Below are positions 56,369-64,000 of a stretch of DNA of 64,000 nt, one piece after another. Source of the DNA: Diadema antillarum (lineage: Eukaryota); assembly GCF_040938485.1 (NCBI RefSeq), contig NW_027271791.1, positions 62,001 to 126,000 of the forward strand. The letters run 5' to 3'. The stretch's first letter is position 1. Each line of letters begins with the position of its first letter. Below the pieces are notes generated by a model. The model did not search any database, was not told the DNA's origin, and worked only from the letters and a program-made list of their open reading frames with translations. The position numbers and the translations under genes are program-made.

Positions 56369-59300
56369 GGTCTGCTTCAGATCATTAATGTTTACATGCA
56401 AGGGAGCCCTGCGTCAAACATTATATTACATTATAACGTGTGCACAATAAACATACAGAACGTGCACAGTAAACATACAAAACATAGATATGGAACAGAT
56501 AAAAGATCAATAATACTGATGATTATGATTATGATAATGATAATACTTCTTCTCCTGCCAATGATGATAATATAGTCATATCTAGATATCAATAATAGAG
56601 ACAAAGTCACATTGCAATGCTAATGACTAATCACATCAATTCATAAAAGTAGATCAAAATCAACACAAGGGTTATGTGTTTCAACGTTATGATTCTACGA
56701 CGATGATAATAGTCTTAAGAGCGATTGTTTTGATTAGAATGATATTCATGATTGCGGTTAGGATTATGATTATACACTCTAGTTCAGTGGTAGGTAGTTT
56801 TTGATTGTAAAGTCAGGTCTGAGCGATAGAGATTGTAGAATTATCTTTCTTCACGATTTTGATTTATCAGAACAGGAGAAAAACCTTACACCACAGCCCT
56901 TTATAATTATGTCAGTGAATAAGCAGGTTATGATATAACCACAGATAAAAGATTTGAATCATATTCTATGGGTATCATAACCCGGTGAGTGGCCCACCAA
57001 AATTATAAGACATGTAAAAACATCGCTCCGATCTCGCCTGTAGTTTGAGCGTTATACAGAATATATCTATGGCGGTATGAATTTCAACTGAGCCAAAAAA
57101 AGTTTATTTTATATGGGAAGCCACACAAACGTGAACGGGGCCTGTTCGAGGTAAAATAGGGACCTCTTCTACAATCTCCCTTCCCATCTACTGAAAAAAA
57201 ACAAACAAACGAACAAAACGACAATCCCACGCACTTCATCTCTTAGTCCGACTTCATGCTTTTTGTGTAAGTGATCCAGTCTAAAATCAGCACTCTGAAT
57301 TTTCTTTTACATCACCCGTGTTCGTTTCTCGTCTGTAGGCTGACGTTTCGCTGTGACGAAGAAAGAGATGATTAATTAGCATGTCAAGTCATGAAGTTTC
57401 GTGTTTATTTACAATAATCATAATATTTCAAGAGTTTCATCGCAAAATGAGCTACGCGCCATTTTCTAATATTTTGGAGCAAGTCCATCATCAGAGAGAA
57501 CAACAAAAAGATAGAAAAATCGTAATACCTCACTTGTAACATAACACGGAATACTCTTGAAGTTATGATTAGAAATATCCCATATTCTATTGTTATTTTC
57601 TCTGGGGGTCTTTTATGAGCTTTACTCGCCAATACCTCAAATTCTCAAGAATGGAATGAACTCGTTTTGTGATTAAACTCTTCATTTCTGTGTAGTAGTC
57701 CGTCATTATGCTAACGAGCTCATAAGTTGCATTCAGGTCAACTGCAGAAGTTATATTTTACGGCATAATGCATCATAAAATCCGCTGGATAAAGAGTAAA
57801 TTTTACAGGGAAACAAAACAATCAAATCTCGTTTGGCTTTCAGCCAATGAGAATTCAGCTGCTAGTGTACTCCTTTTTTGACATTTCAGCCAGGATGTTT
57901 GTTTATTTTATTTTGTTTTGTTTTGTTTTTAAAAATGTAATTGCGGGGATATCAATTGCTGCAAAGAATATAAATGTTTGAAGTCTGCTGTCATGACACA
58001 ATAACATTATTGCAAGATGACTTTTAACTTTTGAATATCGAAATGCACCAATGATGTTTGATGTTACAAAAACAACACTGTATAATTTATGTGGAAACTT
58101 AATGAATGAAATGAAATGAAATGAAATGATGTTTAACTCTCACCTCTGACTTCAATAACCTGTAAAAGACAGAATCCTGGACAGTGATTTATATAAAACT
58201 TGCATGTTGAATAAAACAGTAAAAAGCAAACTAGCAAACTAACGTAAACGTGATACATAATTCCAGTCATAATCCAATTAATCGAGGACAGGGTAAGTTT
58301 GGGATTCGCAATTGTTTTGAAAAAAAATGTATGTTTTTCTTCACCAGAGCAAAGAAACCCTGTCAGGGAGACGTGGATGATGATTATGTCTCATCCATGT
58401 GAACCATGAAATTTCGCATCATTGTAAAGAGATAAGTAATCGCATGCCGCATTGTCTATCAATATTAGGTATACACTATTCATAAAGATGACCATTGATT
58501 ATACACGTTCTCTAGGAGATTCACTCTTTCCTTCTTTTCGGCCATTCACCCCTATATACCTCGGATGTTTCGATGCAGATATTTTCAGCTCCCCCGTTTG
58601 TGTTTGTTTGCTTTAGAGATAGCTTTCAAAGTAAGTCAGTTAAGAAACACTGCATCTCAAGGCATTGTCTCAAAGACACGAACAAACGTGAAACATCTTC
58701 ATATATGAACAGTTTAGCTTGATCAAATTATTATCTACTGTAAGAATAAAGGTTTATTATTTGATGTATAAGATATAGATGACATTCGCAACCCATGCAT
58801 GCGTCCCATAATTATGATGTCAATGATCAGAATGTCTTTTCGTTAAGGCTACAGCCTTTGTGTAGTAACAAACAGGTTGCGTTTTGTTTTTTATTTTCAT
58901 GTCAGTTTATCATGTGATTTGAAGTCTTTCTGTTGGCATTTTTTATAATCTTTCATTTTTCATAGAAGGAAAAACGGTGCATATACCAAGAATAGACTGG
59001 ATGCGAGGTTGGCTGGTCATGAGCGATCAATGTCATGTTATCATTTTTGGGTTTATGCTATTCTTTAGTATTTCATTCGAAAGAGATCAAATGGCTTTTC
59101 CCCCCAGCAACAAAGGCTCATGAAACTTTAGTATACAGAATGAGCATAATTATCAAGATGTTGATATGCTAATGGATGTAATTGCTCTTGCTATGTGTGG
59201 GACTATTGGTGTAAGTCTGGTGGCTAAGCGAGTGTCTGATTTTCTGCGGCCGGGATACCGCGGCAGGGAGTTCGGGACATGATCGCTACATACCTCGTGC

Positions 59301-59583
59301 GGCATACCTCGTCCTCCTCTGCATTTACCGTCTCGGCTGTCGGGCCCTCGCTGCCATATTCGGTTCGCCGTCCGGGTTGCTCCAAACATAGGTAGCACGC
59401 CTCCCATTGGTCGCCCCCTCAATCGCTTCCGAGAAAAACTCCCTCGTGAATATGCAATATGCATCAATATTCATGTCATATTCAACAACCCAATAAACTT
59501 GGGCCAATGAGGAGAGGCTTCGATTCCCGCTCCGAGCCGTTTTGGAAAATAGAGTCCCGTGTATGTTGGGATGCAGATTGTGG

Positions 59584-59714
59584 CCTAAAATGGGCAGGGT
59601 CGGCAAGGGTTTCTGGGAATCACTAGGTCTGGCCTGGTATAAATGCTAGTCCTCCACCCTCCAAGCTCCACACCTTCCGTGAACAGCGGCAGCTAAAGGA
59701 TTAGCGCGAAATCG
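59584..59714 (+). promoter_or_regulatory. Actin core promoter and non-coding leader exon
   Basis: CArG box CCTAAAATGG (59584-59593), TATAAA (59638-59643), predicted TSS near 59670, and donor ATCG|GTGAGT at 59714/59715. The acceptor CTGCAG| at 61486 lies 42 nt before the actin ATG. Confidence 0.75.
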
Positions 59715-60845
59715 GTGAGTAGTTCTAGCTAACTATACTCCTCTTCTCGGAATATACGTATGCCTACATAGCCCTCAAGGTCTTGGTGCTTTGAGCGAAA
59801 CGCTGAGGATATACCGACGGGTGAGATACCCGGTGGACGATTGCTAGGAGTAGTAGAAGACCGCGGGTGTGCTGAGTAGAGACGATGCCTCTTCCACAAA
59901 TTGCGCTTACCCGGATTCTTACTGGTTTCTACATACCGTTTCTGCTTTGCTATTACCCGGCCTCAAAATGAATCTTACGTACTTTTCTCTGTACCGGAAC
60001 TGTGTGCACTATAACAGAGGACGTTTAATATTTCGGAACACACATTTACATCGACACCAAAATTTCTATCATTTGTTGATGGCTTATTTTTCGGAAATAC
60101 CAACAAAGTTGTATTTACAACTCTGCGTTTACTTAACGTGTTCCAGCTATCGACAACTGGCCTAGTGTCTTTAAGTTCGCGATGCGATCTTCAGCGACTG
60201 AAGGGGCATCATTTTCTATCATAATAATTTCCCTACCACGTGATCTGGCTCTACGCCATGGCTCTACGCCCACACTCTACTACTTGCGGTTAATCAGTCA
60301 ATGACATTGTATGGCAGCCAAGTGCCATTCAGTCATCTGTCAGTTACAACGGGTCTGGCCTAAAACAGTTGGCATCCTTAACTAGGCAGTCAATGAATAC
60401 TAAACTTGGCAGAGCTTTACTTATCTTACCTGTCCTCCTATACGCCGAGCAAAGCTTAGTTCTCAAGGAATTCTTGATAGATTGACGACTACTATGCATG
60501 CTATCGCTTGGTTTTCGTTTAGTTTGGGCATACCGTGCGAAGTTGAGGAAAATACAAAACTTTTTGGAATATTTCATCGTCAGTGAATTGCTGAGGCTGG
60601 CTTGATCATGCCTTCAACTCTGCTCCATGCCTACTAGACATGATGGCATGTCTGTTTTTTACTTCAGAATTTATATCCCATGCCTAAAATCTTGCGCGTA
60701 TCTTGAGATTTAAACTTGTGGACTCCAAAACATTCTAACCTTTCGTGCTGAAATGGAGTTGGCCCTCATGTATCCTTCCCATTCGCACAATATGTCCTAA
60801 CATGGTTGCCTAGTAGCCGCGTGCATAGTCGTCTTCAGTGCACCT

Positions 60846-60926
60846 GATTGGCCGAACTGAGCGGGGGCGTGGCTACGCCCGTCTACTCCCTACCAATGGA
60901 ATGTCATCTATCGTTTCCATATTTGG
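60846..60926 (+). promoter_or_regulatory. Actin first-intron enhancer-like cluster
   Basis: Reverse CCAAT (GATTGG 60846), GC box GGGGGCGTGGC (60863-60873), CCAAT (60894) and a perfect CArG CCATATTTGG (60917-60926). Confidence 0.6.
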
Positions 60927-61498
60927 TCCTAAACAATTTCACTGGCGGGCCAGCTGGTAACAAAGTTAACCCTACATGACCGATCGTCTCGCTCGCATAG
61001 AATGGAACAGAAACACTTTCATCCTCTTACTAAATTAACTGCGCACCAGGCATTTATACTTGTCATGTTACAGCGACATTCCACTGGAGGAGCTGATGAA
61101 CTAATTCTTTGCCAGTGTGTCTAAAAGAAACTTGGGGTACAAAGAATTCTGAAGTCGAGTTGAACAGTTACCGATTGCTCGAGGGCTGCAACAAAGCAAG
61201 CAAGCAAGCAAGAAATATTTTGAATCATTCCGACCTAGACCATTGTACAGGAGTCAAACGTGAACCCAGCGTGTAATTTGCTTCTCCCCATTTTTCTTTA
61301 ACTTTTGCCAAATACCACAGTTTTCTCAAAATAGCTTTCTCTTTCGGAATTCGCTGATATTGTGTACCACAATTCTCGAAAACATTTTACATTTCTGGGC
61401 GCCTTTGTGTTTCTGCTCTATCACCATCTTTATATTCATCAGCTTATCAATTTTCGCCTTTTCTTTCTCCATCTTTTGCGCTGCAGGTCTTCTTTTGA

Positions 61499-63853
<2,355 letters not shown>

Positions 63854-64000
63854 TGATTTGAAATGTCTCGCCTACAGAGAATTGTCTACTCCCTTCTCCG
63901 AATTTTGATTTTGATATTACCAATATTAAGTTTTAAAACAAGAGCTTAGATATGACAGAGATAATTGCATCAAGGCTCCGACACACAAAGAGTTTACCAT

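Noticed and set aside
56306-56575. Poly-Glu ORF
   Set aside because: Product of (GAA)14 and ATG/ATT low complexity.

Overview
Eukaryotic, AT-rich, intron-containing DNA, most consistent with an echinoderm and probably a sea urchin (actin intron positions, Nanchung-class TRPV, Tsp/HINE-type repeats). Four protein-coding genes can be reconstructed by hand. (1) A 15-exon Nanchung/OCR-class TRPV channel on + (3539-24600, 784 aa). (2) THOC3 on - (6 exons, 38586-30728, 321 aa), convergent with the TRPV gene. (3) A 690-aa type II membrane protein encoded by one exon (43514-45586, +) with two tandem GT31 beta-1,3-glycosyltransferase domains; the first has lost its metal-binding motifs. (4) The 5' part of an actin gene (61529 onward, +) with a TATA/CArG promoter and a non-coding leader exon. 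Introns and intergenic DNA hold many non-autonomous DNA elements (Helentron-associated HINE/Tsp-like elements, TTAA-AGG Kolobok-like MITEs, TA-flanked MITEs, a Harbinger-like MITE), tRNA-derived SINE relics, microsatellites and one 193-N gap. The most notable items are the single-chain pseudo-GT31/active-GT31 protein, a 1.37-kb near-perfect palindrome in THOC3 intron 1, and a DR5+DR4 nuclear-receptor-element cluster in TRPV intron 1. Most short ORFs in the supplied track are spurious. Family assignments come from remembered motifs, not database searches.
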